From the NCBI GenBank assembly GCA_045656325.1, contig JAZOQX010000135.1:16-64015 (forward strand): a DNA stretch of 64,000 bases. Reading direction: 5' to 3'. Positions 25,574 through 35,367 of the stretch are shown in pieces. The number at the start of each line of letters is the position of its first letter. Positions within the stretch are counted from its first letter, which is position 1. Made by a program: the position numbers and the translations under genes. Under the pieces are notes generated by a model that was given only the letters and a program-made list of their open reading frames with translations, searched no databases and had not been told where the DNA came from. Origin of the DNA: Eubacteriales bacterium. GTDB lineage: Bacteria; Bacillota; Clostridia; Oscillospirales; CAG-272.

Positions 25574-27589
25574 ATGAAAAAAAACTACGCAAAGCAATTC
25601 ATATCTTTTATTTTGAGTATAGTTCTTATCATAGTTTTTGTTATTTCGTCGAGCGCAAGCGCGCCTCTTGATACATATTATGGAATAATAGAAATGGACA
25701 GCAATTCACCAAATAGAGATTTGTCGGGTATTGAGATAAAAGTATTTTCCGCTGAACCTATTTACGATGAAGAAAGTCACGAGCTTTTATATTATGGTGA
25801 AACCTATGCCTTTTCTGTGTTTACGGAAATGGATGGAAGCTTTTCCTTTATAAAACCTACAGCCTTTTGCTCAGTTACGATAGATCTTCAATCTCTTCCT
25901 GTCGGGTATGGCATCAATCGTCAAGTGCAGTTTATTGCCGATGGGGTCACGTCCCACACTTTTGTTCTTTCAGAAGTAGAGGACATTGACGTGTATATGG
26001 AATACGGCCAAATTATGGTGGATTTTTATGGGGATGATAATCAGTACCTCCATGTTGACTATCAAATTGAAGAAACGCCTTTGAGCATGGAGGGACTTTC
26101 CAGTCACGAAATAAAACAGTTGACCTCTTATGATGTAATCGGCAAAGTAATTACACCTCATGGAGAAACCCCGTACGCCATCCCGGTTAATCTCTCTGAA
26201 TATTCTCTGCAAGAAAAAACCGATTATTTTTACTCAGAGGGATTGATTTCGGAGGAAAAGAAGATTGAGGTGTACTGTGATATTTTGTTGGACGAGACAT
26301 TGGATATTCAACTGCAAAGCGGTACTACGATAATTAATGAAGTTCTCTCTTATAAGAAGAATGTTTTGGAATCAAGTGAGGACATTTCCGTAATTAAAAG
26401 GGCAGATAAATCTGTGGCTGTCAACGCCCCTTTCATTACAAAAGTCGAAAATATTTGGGAGATGGTAAACAGAAGCGATTCAAGTGATTCGGCATATTAT
26501 CAGCGCACCATGGAGGATGGCTTTGTTTTTCGAATTCTCTACGATCCAAATGATTCAGATATAATACCGTACTATATCAATGAACTGGCCGACAATTTCG
26601 AAAATCATTACAATCAAATGGTAACAGGATTAGATTTCAATGCACCTATATCGCATATAGGAGGTTATTACGAGATAACGATGATAAATGATGGTACAGA
26701 ATCGAGTAAAGGCTTTACAACATATGAATCTTTGCCTGGTTCTTCAAAAATTACAATTAATTTTGCGGAATATGAAGGCGAAAACCAGGTTTCCTTTACT
26801 GTGGCGCATGAATTACACCATGCAATTATGGTAACGTATGGATTTAACACATCCTCGTGCGATAAATGGGTGCGGGAAGGATTTGCAAATATGGCGGCAA
26901 CAATCTGCACAACATCTCCACTTCCACCGCAAAACCCCATTATTATAGTGCGCTCTGCTCAAGGACAAATCAAAGAGTATTTGGAGAAAAGCTATCTTAG
27001 CATTTTTGATGAAGGTAATGGAGTATACGGAACTACACTCTATCCACTGTACATTTACGAAAATTTGGGTGGTTGGAACACCATAAAGGAAATTTATACT
27101 AATTTCAACACCACAAACGATATATACACGGCAATTTCAAGCGCTCGCCATATTACGTGTTATGATTACGCCTTTGTTGGAATGTTTTCAAATAACTACA
27201 AGCCACGTCTTTTTTATACAAGCTTAGCTTCGGCGAGTTCTGATTTAGATAATTCTGTTCCAATTCAGAATCTCGGCGTGGGGACATCTTCGTTACGTAC
27301 CCTTCCTCCAATGTCGGGACATTATTTGCAGCTTTCAAGCACAAGCAATATAGGTACGATATATGTTACGTGTACTGTTACGAGTGGGAATGAAAATGGA
27401 TTTTTTCTGTACAAAATAACGGAAACAAGCAGCGGGTTGCCACATATTGTAACCGAAAACTTTGATGTCACACAAATTACCTTTTCCCAGTCTAATTTTG
27501 GAGATACTGTTAAAAAGCTTACGTTGGTTCCTATGAATTCCAAGGCGACCAATGAGGAAATTTCTTATCGTGTCAGCGTAAGTAATTGA
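25574..27589 (+). CDS. Secreted zinc-metallopeptidase-like protein (gluzincin-type HExxH-x18-E)
   Basis: I place the start at the ATG at 25574, preceded by AAAAGGAGA. An N-terminal signal/anchor helix is present (FISFILSIVLIIVFVISSSASA). HELHH lies at 26807-26821, and a Glu within WVREGFAN at 26876-26878 follows with 18 residues between. The gene is AT-rich relative to its flanks. Confidence 0.6.
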   Translation: MKKNYAKQFISFILSIVLIIVFVISSSASAPLDTYYGIIEMDSNSPNRDLSGIEIKVFSAEPIYDEESHELLYYGETYAFSVFTEMDGSFSFIKPTAFCSVTIDLQSLPVGYGINRQVQFIADGVTSHTFVLSEVEDIDVYMEYGQIMVDFYGDDNQYLHVDYQIEETPLSMEGLSSHEIKQLTSYDVIGKVITPHGETPYAIPVNLSEYSLQEKTDYFYSEGLISEEKKIEVYCDILLDETLDIQLQSGTTIINEVLSYKKNVLESSEDISVIKRADKSVAVNAPFITKVENIWEMVNRSDSSDSAYYQRTMEDGFVFRILYDPNDSDIIPYYINELADNFENHYNQMVTGLDFNAPISHIGGYYEITMINDGTESSKGFTTYESLPGSSKITINFAEYEGENQVSFTVAHELHHAIMVTYGFNTSSCDKWVREGFANMAATICTTSPLPPQNPIIIVRSAQGQIKEYLEKSYLSIFDEGNGVYGTTLYPLYIYENLGGWNTIKEIYTNFNTTNDIYTAISSARHITCYDYAFVGMFSNNYKPRLFYTSLASASSDLDNSVPIQNLGVGTSSLRTLPPMSGHYLQLSSTSNIGTIYVTCTVTSGNENGFFLYKITETSSGLPHIVTENFDVTQITFSQSNFGDTVKKLTLVPMNSKATNEEISYRVSVSN

Positions 27590-27607
27590 TAGAAAGGAAA
27601 TAAGCGT

Positions 27608-28351
27608 ATGTTAAAACGAATAGCTTTTTTGTTAGTCCTGCTTCTTTTATTTCCGTTGCTTTTTGTCGGGTGCCGAGAGGCGGAAGAGAATATATCCAAC
27701 TCGGATACAAAAGAAGATGAACCAAACTTGCAGGCGGTAGACAACTCTAATATCGAACCGATTCAATCGGACGCGGACGAAAAGAAGGAAGAAGATTGTG
27801 CCGATTACGATTATGTTTCTGCTGATGGTAATGTTTCAGACTTTACCCCAATAGTGGTTCGGTGGGGCAGTGTAGTCGAAAATATAGTGTATGGAGATAA
27901 AAAACTTGTCGTGGTAAATGTGGAAGTGCTTGACGTGGCAAAGTATGCATGGGACTACGATGATGTGTGTGCCTTGGATGCGATTTATCTGCCTGAGAAT
28001 GCGCTAAAATATGTGGCGGAGGGAGAGGAATCTTTGGTGTTTGCCTTCTGCGAGTTTGGGAGAATCAATGAAGAGGGGGAGTACGTATACGTAGCATACA
28101 TGGATACTATTCCTGATGAGGTGGATTGGCCCTATGCCATCTTTCGATTTGAGGACAACCGCATGATTATGGATGAGGTGCAAATGGAAGCACTGGAGAC
28201 CGGTTATTGTGTAATATTCTTTAAAATTATGCACGCGATAAATAATTATAGGTTTGCGGAGTATGGAATAGACGAAAAATATCATTTCCGTAACGAAATG
28301 ACCATAGAGGACTTAGAGGAGTTTTACGAAGTGGTTAAAAGTCTGCCTTGA
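27608..28351 (+). CDS. Lipoprotein of unknown function
   Basis: The protein is 247 aa. It has a signal peptide with lipobox LFVGC, followed by an acidic linker. I recognise no family. It is AT-rich and lies 18 nt downstream of the metallopeptidase-like gene. Confidence 0.65.
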   Translation: MLKRIAFLLVLLLLFPLLFVGCREAEENISNSDTKEDEPNLQAVDNSNIEPIQSDADEKKEEDCADYDYVSADGNVSDFTPIVVRWGSVVENIVYGDKKLVVVNVEVLDVAKYAWDYDDVCALDAIYLPENALKYVAEGEESLVFAFCEFGRINEEGEYVYVAYMDTIPDEVDWPYAIFRFEDNRMIMDEVQMEALETGYCVIFFKIMHAINNYRFAEYGIDEKYHFRNEMTIEDLEEFYEVVKSLP

Positions 28352-28393
28352 CCGAAGATTTTTCGTCCGCAGAAGCTATGAAATCTATGAAAA

Positions 28394-28434
28394 ACAGACC
28401 GAATCTGCGTTATGCGGGTTCGATCTGTTTTTTT
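28394..28434 (+). terminator. Probable terminator of the AT-rich two-gene unit
   Basis: An imperfect stem pairs CAGACCGAA (28395-28403) with TTCGATCTG (28419-28427). A T7 tract follows. Confidence 0.55.
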
Positions 28435-28442
28435 GTAGAGTA

Positions 28443-29129
28443 TTATTTTTGTATTCCCAATTCCTCTGCAAACAGGGAAAAGGGGCTTGTCCGTGGGTCT
28501 GTGGCTTTTTCGCCGGGCAAATAGGAAAAACGCAGGGGTTGTCCGTTTCTTGGATGGGGAAAGGCGAGAAGGACCGAGCAAAGTCCCAAGGAAAACTCCG
28601 AGGCAGGCGCGCCGTAGCGGCGATCTCCGCAGAGGGGAAGTCCTCGGCTGCCGAATTGCACGCGGATCTGGTGGGTGCGTCCCGTATGAAGACGGATTCG
28701 AACAAGGGAATACCCCTCCCTCGATGCCAAGGTCTTGTAGTCCAGTATCGCTTCCTTGACCCCCTTTCGGCTTCGGGCCACCACAAAGGATTTGCTTCGC
28801 TGACGGTCATAGAAAAGAAGATCCCGAAGGGTCCCCTCGGTCTGCTCGGGCGTTCCGCAAACCACGGCAAGATACTCCTTTTTCATGGCTCCCTCGGCAA
28901 TGGCGCGGGAAAGCGCCGCCGCCCCCTGCGGGGTGCGGGCGTAGACCATCAGTCCCTCGGTTTCTCTGTCCAGTCTATGTACGGGGAGGATGGTATTCTT
29001 TTCGCTTCGCTCTCCAAGAGCTTGGGCAAGCAGGGAAGGGAAGCAATCGGGTCCCTCTCCCTCGGAGAGAAGCCCTTGCGGCTTGACCGAGACCAAAAGA
29101 TCTCGGTCAAGATAGTAAAAATCAGTCAT
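28443..29129 (-). CDS. RluA family pseudouridine synthase
   Basis: I place the start at the ATG at 29129 (MTDFYYLDRDLLVSVKP). The catalytic motif is HRLDRETEGLMV, and HTGRTHQIRVQF is also present. The upstream part of the track ORF is not supported. Confidence 0.85.
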   Translation of the reverse strand: MTDFYYLDRDLLVSVKPQGLLSEGEGPDCFPSLLAQALGERSEKNTILPVHRLDRETEGLMVYARTPQGAAALSRAIAEGAMKKEYLAVVCGTPEQTEGTLRDLLFYDRQRSKSFVVARSRKGVKEAILDYKTLASREGYSLVRIRLHTGRTHQIRVQFGSRGLPLCGDRRYGAPASEFSLGLCSVLLAFPHPRNGQPLRFSYLPGEKATDPRTSPFSLFAEELGIQK

Positions 29130-29152
29130 ATTGTCCTCGTTTCTGTCCGAGA

Positions 29153-29410
29153 TCATACCCTGCGCGCAAGACGGCAAAGGGCGCGGACCAGCCCCCAAAA
29201 CAGGAGGATCCCTCCAAGAAGCGCCACGATCTTCCAGATATGGTGTCGAGAATCCCCCGTAAAACGGTGGGTACATTCGGGCGTATCGGATTGCTCGTCG
29301 GGGTAGACCCAAAAGGACATATCGTACTTGTGACGGAGCTGAAGCCCGAATAGGGAGCGGCATTTTTCGGAGAGGGCGCGCCATAGGGTGGTATCGGAGA
29401 ATTTCTTCAT
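29153..29410 (-). CDS. Small membrane-anchored hypothetical protein
   Basis: I place the start at the ATG at 29410 (MKKFSDTTLW...). The protein is 85 aa with a C-terminal TM helix (IWKIVALLGGILLFWGLV). An AAGGA-like SD is present. The call is weak. Confidence 0.4.
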   Translation of the reverse strand: MKKFSDTTLWRALSEKCRSLFGLQLRHKYDMSFWVYPDEQSDTPECTHRFTGDSRHHIWKIVALLGGILLFWGLVRALCRLARRV

Positions 29411-29501
29411 GTGTTTCCATCCTTTCGTGAAAGAACTGTGTAAGGGTAGTATGCACGTTCGGAAAGGATCCCATTCATTGTAACATAAAACGCTGATTTT
29501 T

Positions 29502-30377
29502 TCAAGAGGGGATGGGAGGAAAGCTTCCACCCGTTTGGAGGATGGTTCCCTTGACGGCTTTTCCGTTTTCCTCGTGCTCGCATTGATAGGCGGCGGGACA
29601 GTCAAAGCTGCCCGATCCACCCGCCAGAAGGATCATGCCGTGTGCCGAAAGAGCCGCCTCGGAGCAGACCGCCGTCAGCGCTCCGCCATATACGAAAATG
29701 CCGCCAAGGGAGGAGGACTCCCTTGTGGCGTATCCGAATTTTGCGGCGTTGATCGCTGCCGTTCCGCCCCGTATCTCTATCCGTTTTTCGGAAAGGAAGC
29801 CGTATTCCGAGGCGGTGGCGCGGAGAGTCCCGTCCTCCATGGCAAGCGTCCCCGACGCGCTGACGGCGGTTTCGGCACCGCTGAGAGAAAGGCTTCCCTT
29901 GCCGCAAAGGACAAGATTGGTGTCCGCCTCCATGACCGAGTGACTCTCGGAAAACAGAAGATTGACCGAATCGGCGGCGGTTTCTATGACGACTGCCGCG
30001 GCAGAGATCACCGAAAGCGCGGGACGCTTGGAGGAACGGATCGAGACTCCGTCAAGGATCAGACGTACCGTCTCTCCCCAGCCCACCTCCACCGCAAGAC
30101 CGCCCTCCGTAAGCTCTCCCGTCAGTCGGTACGCGCCCGCCTCCTTGATGGTCAGCAGATCGTCCTTTGCCGTGATCGCTTCCTCGTCCCCCGTAAAGGA
30201 ATACCGCCGTCCGTCCAAGGAAAGAAGAGGGAGGAGGGGAGCCTCCTCTCGGTCGGGAGAGGATTCCGCCCCATCCTCCTCCGTGTCAAACGGGTCAAAG
30301 GGCGGAACCGCGGGACTGCACCCCGCCAAGCATAAGACCGTCAAGAGAGCGCAAAAGGCAAAGCAAAGCCGTTTCAT
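29502..30377 (-). CDS. Lipoprotein resembling the Cthe_2159-like carbohydrate-binding (beta-helix) family
   Basis: I place the start at the ATG at 30377, preceded by GGAAGGAGA. The lipobox is LAGC. The segment LLTIKEAGAYRLTGELTEGGLAVEV...LILDGVSIRSS matches the family pattern as I remember it. Confidence 0.6.
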   Translation of the reverse strand: MKRLCFAFCALLTVLCLAGCSPAVPPFDPFDTEEDGAESSPDREEAPLLPLLSLDGRRYSFTGDEEAITAKDDLLTIKEAGAYRLTGELTEGGLAVEVGWGETVRLILDGVSIRSSKRPALSVISAAAVVIETAADSVNLLFSESHSVMEADTNLVLCGKGSLSLSGAETAVSASGTLAMEDGTLRATASEYGFLSEKRIEIRGGTAAINAAKFGYATRESSSLGGIFVYGGALTAVCSEAALSAHGMILLAGGSGSFDCPAAYQCEHEENGKAVKGTILQTGGSFPPIPS

Positions 30378-30539
30378 AAAATCTCCTTCCTTTTTCAAAA
30401 ACCGCCGATTTCACGTATAAGTATAATAAAAGTATTGTAAAATCAGTAAAAATGTGGTACAATAAAGAGCAGTTGTTTTATTTTATGTATGGGATCATGC
30501 GATTAGACCGAACCCGCATGACCGTGGAAAGGAACACGT

Positions 30540-32087
30540 ATGCTTTCGACCGTTTTCAGCGCAGGACTTTTTGGGATTGACGGGTATATCGTCACCGTGG
30601 AATGTAACGCCCAATCGAGGATTCCGAGCTTTGAGCTGGTAGGGCTTCCCGATCTTGCCGTAAAGGAGGCAAAGGAACGGGTCAGAACTGCCTGTGAAAA
30701 CAGCGGATACCGCTTTCCGTCTCTGTCGCTGACGCTGAATCTGGCGCCCGCCGACCGCCGCAAGGAGGGATCGGGCTTTGATACCGCCATTCTTCTCGGG
30801 ATCCTCCGCAACGGAGGGATCCTGCGGACCACGGTGGATTTTTCCGATAAATGCTTTGTGGGAGAGCTGTCGCTTTCGGGCAAGCTTCGTCCCGTGCATG
30901 GAATCCTTTGTATGTGCGTTGCCGCCAAGGAGGCGGGCTTTGCCGAGTTTTACGCTCCCGCCGAAAACGCCAAGGAGGCGGCTGCGGTGAAGGGGATCCG
31001 CGTGTATGCCGTGGATAACGTCCGTCAGCTTGTGTGCCACCTGAACGGAGAGGCGCCTATCCCTCCCGTGGAATTTGACCGAACGGCGTTTTCAAGAGAA
31101 ATGGATCGCTCCTCTCTTGATTTTTCGGACGTGCGCGGACAGAAAATGGCAAAGAGAGCGATGGAGATTGCCGCGGCGGGCGGTCATAACGTGCTGCTCA
31201 TCGGACCTCCCGGTACGGGAAAATCCATGCTTGCCAAGCGGATTCCCTCGATTCTTCCGCCCATGACCTTTGAGGAGGCGATCGAAGCTACCAAGGTCCA
31301 CTCGGTGGCGGGAACCCTTCCCGAGGAGGTTTCTCTTTTGTCCCACCGTCCCTTCCGCTCTCCCCATCATACCATGAGCGCGGTCAGCTTGGTGGGAGGC
31401 GGGACCACGCCGAAGCCGGGAGAGGTGTCCTTGGCGCACAACGGCGTGTTGTTTCTTGACGAGCTTGCCGAATTTCCCAAGCAGGTCACCGATGCGCTCC
31501 GTCAGCCTTTGGAGGACCGTCGGGTTACCATCACCCGCGCGGCGGGACGGTTGACCTATCCCTGCTCCTTTATGCTGGTGGCGGCAATGAACCCCTGCCG
31601 TTGCGGAAATTTCGGGCATCCCACCAAGCCCTGCACCTGTAAGCCAAGGGACGTTAAAAATTATCTTGCAAAAATCAGCGGTCCCGTTTTGGACCGATTT
31701 GATATACAGATCGAGCTGCCCGCCCTCTCCTACGAGGAGCTGGCGACCCGAAGCGGGACCGAGGAGCCGTCCGCGGCGATCCGTCAACGCGTAACCGCCG
31801 CCAGAGAGCGGGCAGCCCTTCGAATGAAGGATGAGGAGGGCATCTATTGCAACGCCCAGTTGACCTCCGCCTCGCTTCGCGTCTACTGCCGTCTTGACCC
31901 CTCGGCGGATAAGCTGCTTCACGCCGCCTACGACCGCATGGGACTTTCGGCAAGAGGATACGACAGGATCCTTCGCGTGGCGAGGACCATTGCCGATCTG
32001 GACGGAGCCGAGGAGATCGGTGCTAAGCATATTGCCGAGGCGATCCAATATCGCTCTCTTGATAAAAAATATTGGGGCAACCAATAA
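30540..32087 (+). CDS. comM: YifB/ComM family Mg-chelatase-like AAA+ ATPase
   Basis: The protein is 515 aa. It has an N-terminal Lon-like domain (GIDGYIVTVECN), Walker A GPPGTGKS, VLFLDELAEF, and the C-terminal GARGYDRILRVARTIADL. Confidence 0.9.
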   Translation: MLSTVFSAGLFGIDGYIVTVECNAQSRIPSFELVGLPDLAVKEAKERVRTACENSGYRFPSLSLTLNLAPADRRKEGSGFDTAILLGILRNGGILRTTVDFSDKCFVGELSLSGKLRPVHGILCMCVAAKEAGFAEFYAPAENAKEAAAVKGIRVYAVDNVRQLVCHLNGEAPIPPVEFDRTAFSREMDRSSLDFSDVRGQKMAKRAMEIAAAGGHNVLLIGPPGTGKSMLAKRIPSILPPMTFEEAIEATKVHSVAGTLPEEVSLLSHRPFRSPHHTMSAVSLVGGGTTPKPGEVSLAHNGVLFLDELAEFPKQVTDALRQPLEDRRVTITRAAGRLTYPCSFMLVAAMNPCRCGNFGHPTKPCTCKPRDVKNYLAKISGPVLDRFDIQIELPALSYEELATRSGTEEPSAAIRQRVTAARERAALRMKDEEGIYCNAQLTSASLRVYCRLDPSADKLLHAAYDRMGLSARGYDRILRVARTIADLDGAEEIGAKHIAEAIQYRSLDKKYWGNQ

Positions 32088-32116
32088 TTCTACATCAACC
32101 GTAAAGGAGAAAAAAC

Positions 32117-33205
32117 GTGAACCGCGAGGATTTGAACGATTTGAAAAATACCATCGTTTCCCTTTGCTCGGTCATGTCGGTGTCGGGATACGAAACCCGT
32201 TATGCCGACGCTTTGCATAAAATGATCGCGCCCTTTTTCGATGAGAGCCGTACCGATGCGGTGGGCAATCATTTGTTTATCCGCCGATGCGGAAGGGAGA
32301 ACGTTCCCCTCGTCATGATCGATACGCACTACGACGAGATCGGTATGCTGGTGACCGACGTGACCGAGGGCGGATTTTTGAAATTTACCTCGGTGGGAGG
32401 ACTGTCTCCCTCTGTGCTTCAGGGCGCCGACGTGGTGATCTACGGAAAAAAGGTCATTCGCGGCGTGATTAGCTCTACGCCTCCCCACCTGAAAACGGGA
32501 TCGGATGAATCTCTTTCCGACCCCGAGGAGCTTCTCATTGATACGGGATACGACAAGGATACGCTTGCAAAGCTTTGTCCCATCGGAACGCCCGTCGGCT
32601 TCTCCCCCTGCTACGGGGAGCTGAAAAACGATCGGCTGGTGGGAAAGAGCTTTGATAATAAGGCGTGCGCCGCGGTGGCGATCTGTGCCATTGCCGCCAC
32701 ACCAAGGGAGAAGATGGCGGCGGACGTGGCGCTCTGCCTTTCCTGCTATGAGGAGACCTCGGCGCTGGGGGGGATCGCTCCCGCTGTGTATGATCTTCGT
32801 CCCGATTATGCCATGGTGGTGGACGTGAATCTGGCAAGAGTCCCCGATACTCCAAAGCGGGAAACGGTTCCCCTCGGAGAGGGAGTTTCTCTGTCGGTCT
32901 CCGCGGCGACTGATCGCAGACTCACCGCCATGACCCAAGCCCTCTGCCGCGAGAGGGAGATCCCTCACTGCATGATTGCCGCGCCCTCGTCTACGGGAAC
33001 CAACGCCGCTACGGTCCAGCTGATCGGAAAGGGTGTCCCCGTGGTGGACGTGGGCTTACCCCTTGCGTCGATGCACACCTACAACGAGGTCATCAGCCTT
33101 GCCGATGCGGAGTCGCTCCTTCGGTTGATTGGCGAATTTATCTCCTCGGACACCATTGCCGCCGCCTTTGCGGAATCCGACGTAATAGAAAAGGAGGAAG
33201 CGTGA
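32117..33205 (+). CDS. M42 family metallopeptidase (TET/FrvX-like), paralogue 1
   Basis: The protein is 362 aa. It has the THYDEIGMLV metal-ligand segment, FDNKA, and overall M42 architecture. Confidence 0.82.
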   Translation: MNREDLNDLKNTIVSLCSVMSVSGYETRYADALHKMIAPFFDESRTDAVGNHLFIRRCGRENVPLVMIDTHYDEIGMLVTDVTEGGFLKFTSVGGLSPSVLQGADVVIYGKKVIRGVISSTPPHLKTGSDESLSDPEELLIDTGYDKDTLAKLCPIGTPVGFSPCYGELKNDRLVGKSFDNKACAAVAICAIAATPREKMAADVALCLSCYEETSALGGIAPAVYDLRPDYAMVVDVNLARVPDTPKRETVPLGEGVSLSVSAATDRRLTAMTQALCREREIPHCMIAAPSSTGTNAATVQLIGKGVPVVDVGLPLASMHTYNEVISLADAESLLRLIGEFISSDTIAAAFAESDVIEKEEA

Positions 33206-34323
33206 TGAAGCCGATTTTGTTTGAAAATCCCGCCCTGCCTGAGGGCTTTTCTCCTCTGCCGGAGGAGGAGCTGATCTACACCCTCTGCGGCGCGTTCGGT
33301 CCTACGGGCTGTGAAGCCCCTGTCCGAGAAACGATCCTGCCCCTTGTCCGCCCCTTTGCCGATTCGATCCTCAGGGATTCTATGGGGAATCTCATTTGCC
33401 TTTGTCGGTTCGGTGAGGGTGAGGATAGACAAAAGATTATGATCTCCGCGCATATGGACGAGGTGGGCATGATGGTTACCGAGATCACCGAGGACGGCTA
33501 TTGCCGCTTCGATACGGTAGGTGGGATCATGCTTTCGGTCATGGAGGGAAGAAGGGTTACTCTCGGAGACGAGAACCGACAAATCTCGGGTGTGATCGCG
33601 TCTAAAGCCATCCACCACAAAAAGCCGAAGGACCGAAAGAAGCCGACGGATATCGAAAAGCTTTATATTGATATCGGCGCGAAAAATCGGGAGGAAGCCG
33701 AGGCGTTGGTTTCAGTGGGAACGCTTGCTACCTTTGATTCCGAGGCCTATCGCTTCGGAGAGGGAGGTATGCAGATCAAGGCGAAGGCGCTGGACGACCG
33801 TCTGGGCTGCGCCGTTATGATCCGCGCCATGGAGTCGCTTCGCAAACATCCCCCCGAAGGGGACGTGGATCTCTATTTCTGCTTCACCGTGCGGGAGGAG
33901 ATCGGACGTTCGGGCGCCAAGGTGGTCGCCAATCGACTTGCCCCCGACGCGGCGCTGGTGCTGGAGTGTACCGCCGTTTCCGATCTTTCCGAGGTGCCCG
34001 AGCATCGCCGCGTGGCGATCCAGGGCAAGGGAGGCGCGATCTCGTTGATGGACCGCGCTACGGTCTATGACCGAGCCTTTGTGGACTTTGCGCTGGAAAC
34101 CGCCCGACGGGATGGGATCCCCGTACAGGTCAAAAAATTTGTTTCGGGAGGAAACGACGCGGGCTCGATCCATAAATCGGGCGAGGGGGTCAAGACCCTT
34201 GCGCTGTCGGTTCCCACCCGCTATCTCCATTCTCCCGCCTCGGTGGCAAATCTCAACGATTTTCGCAGTGTGACGGCGCTTTGCGAGGCTCTACTTCGCC
34301 GTCTGTCCACGGAAAGGATCTAA
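33205..34323 (+). CDS. M42 family metallopeptidase, paralogue 2
   Basis: The ATG at 33205 overlaps the upstream stop (TGATG), and AAGGAGGA lies 6 nt upstream. The protein has AHMDEVGMMV and LDDRLGC. Confidence 0.82.
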   Translation: MKPILFENPALPEGFSPLPEEELIYTLCGAFGPTGCEAPVRETILPLVRPFADSILRDSMGNLICLCRFGEGEDRQKIMISAHMDEVGMMVTEITEDGYCRFDTVGGIMLSVMEGRRVTLGDENRQISGVIASKAIHHKKPKDRKKPTDIEKLYIDIGAKNREEAEALVSVGTLATFDSEAYRFGEGGMQIKAKALDDRLGCAVMIRAMESLRKHPPEGDVDLYFCFTVREEIGRSGAKVVANRLAPDAALVLECTAVSDLSEVPEHRRVAIQGKGGAISLMDRATVYDRAFVDFALETARRDGIPVQVKKFVSGGNDAGSIHKSGEGVKTLALSVPTRYLHSPASVANLNDFRSVTALCEALLRRLSTERI

Positions 34324-34327
34324 CCCT

Positions 34328-35344
34328 ATGAAGAAAAGAAATTTATATGCTCTTTTATCCGAGCTTTGCGCGCCCGTTTCCGTGTCGGGCAGAGAGGACG
34401 GCGTTCGCTCTCTTTTGGCGGAAAAAATTCTCCCCTATGCCCATGAGGTACGGATCGACAGTCTGGGCAACCTGATTGCCAAGAAGAAGGGCGAGGGAAA
34501 CGCTCCCTCGGTCATGCTTTGCGCCCATATGGATGAGATCGGCTTTCTCGTCACCTTTATCGAGGAAAACGGAATGCTTCGCATTGCGCCCGTGGGAGGA
34601 ATCCATTTTTCTGCCTCTGCCTACTGCGAGGTCGTTTCCGAAAAGGGAATCGCGGGCGTGCTGGTTCCCGAGGCAAAGACCAAGCCCGAGGAATACGGCG
34701 CGTTGAAATTCTATATTGATATCGGAGCCAAGGACCGTAAGGATGCCGAACGGAAGGTATCGGTGGGAGACTGCTTCGTACAGAGAGGCGGTGTTCGCCG
34801 CCTGATGCACCGCCGTGTGGCGGGCAGACCCTTGGATGACCGCGTAGGCTGCGCGATTCTTCTTTCCTTGGCGGAGGAGCTTTGGGAGGAGAAGACGGCA
34901 GGGGACGTATATTACGTATTCTCGGTTCAGGAGGAGGTCGGATGCCGCGGGGCAATGACCGCCGCCTTTGGGCTTGCTCCCGACTACGGTCTTTGCTTTG
35001 ACGTGACCCTGACGGGTGACGTTCCCAACGCCTCTCCCATGGCGTGCAAGCTGGGAGACGGCGCGGCAATCAAGATCAAGGATCGCTCCGTGATCTGCCA
35101 CGAGGAGGTGGTGGCAACCCTTTGCCGCCTTGCCGAGGGGCAGAGGATCCCTCATCAGAGGGAGATCCTTCTGGCGGGAGGCACGGACACCTCGTCCATG
35201 CAGCTGGCGGGAAGCGGATGCCGCGTGGGCGCGCTGTCGGTTCCCAGCCGTTATATCCATTCGGGCGTTGAGACCTGCGACCTCGGAGACGCGGATGCCT
35301 GCGCCGAGCTTGCTCTTGCCTTTGTCAAGCAGCTTGCCGAATAA
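34328..35344 (+). CDS. M42 family metallopeptidase, paralogue 3
   Basis: The protein is 338 aa. It has AHMDEIGFLV, LDDRVGC and VQEEVGCRGA. Confidence 0.82.
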   Translation: MKKRNLYALLSELCAPVSVSGREDGVRSLLAEKILPYAHEVRIDSLGNLIAKKKGEGNAPSVMLCAHMDEIGFLVTFIEENGMLRIAPVGGIHFSASAYCEVVSEKGIAGVLVPEAKTKPEEYGALKFYIDIGAKDRKDAERKVSVGDCFVQRGGVRRLMHRRVAGRPLDDRVGCAILLSLAEELWEEKTAGDVYYVFSVQEEVGCRGAMTAAFGLAPDYGLCFDVTLTGDVPNASPMACKLGDGAAIKIKDRSVICHEEVVATLCRLAEGQRIPHQREILLAGGTDTSSMQLAGSGCRVGALSVPSRYIHSGVETCDLGDADACAELALAFVKQLAE

Positions 35345-35367
35345 AAAAACAAGTAAGGAAGAAAGCA

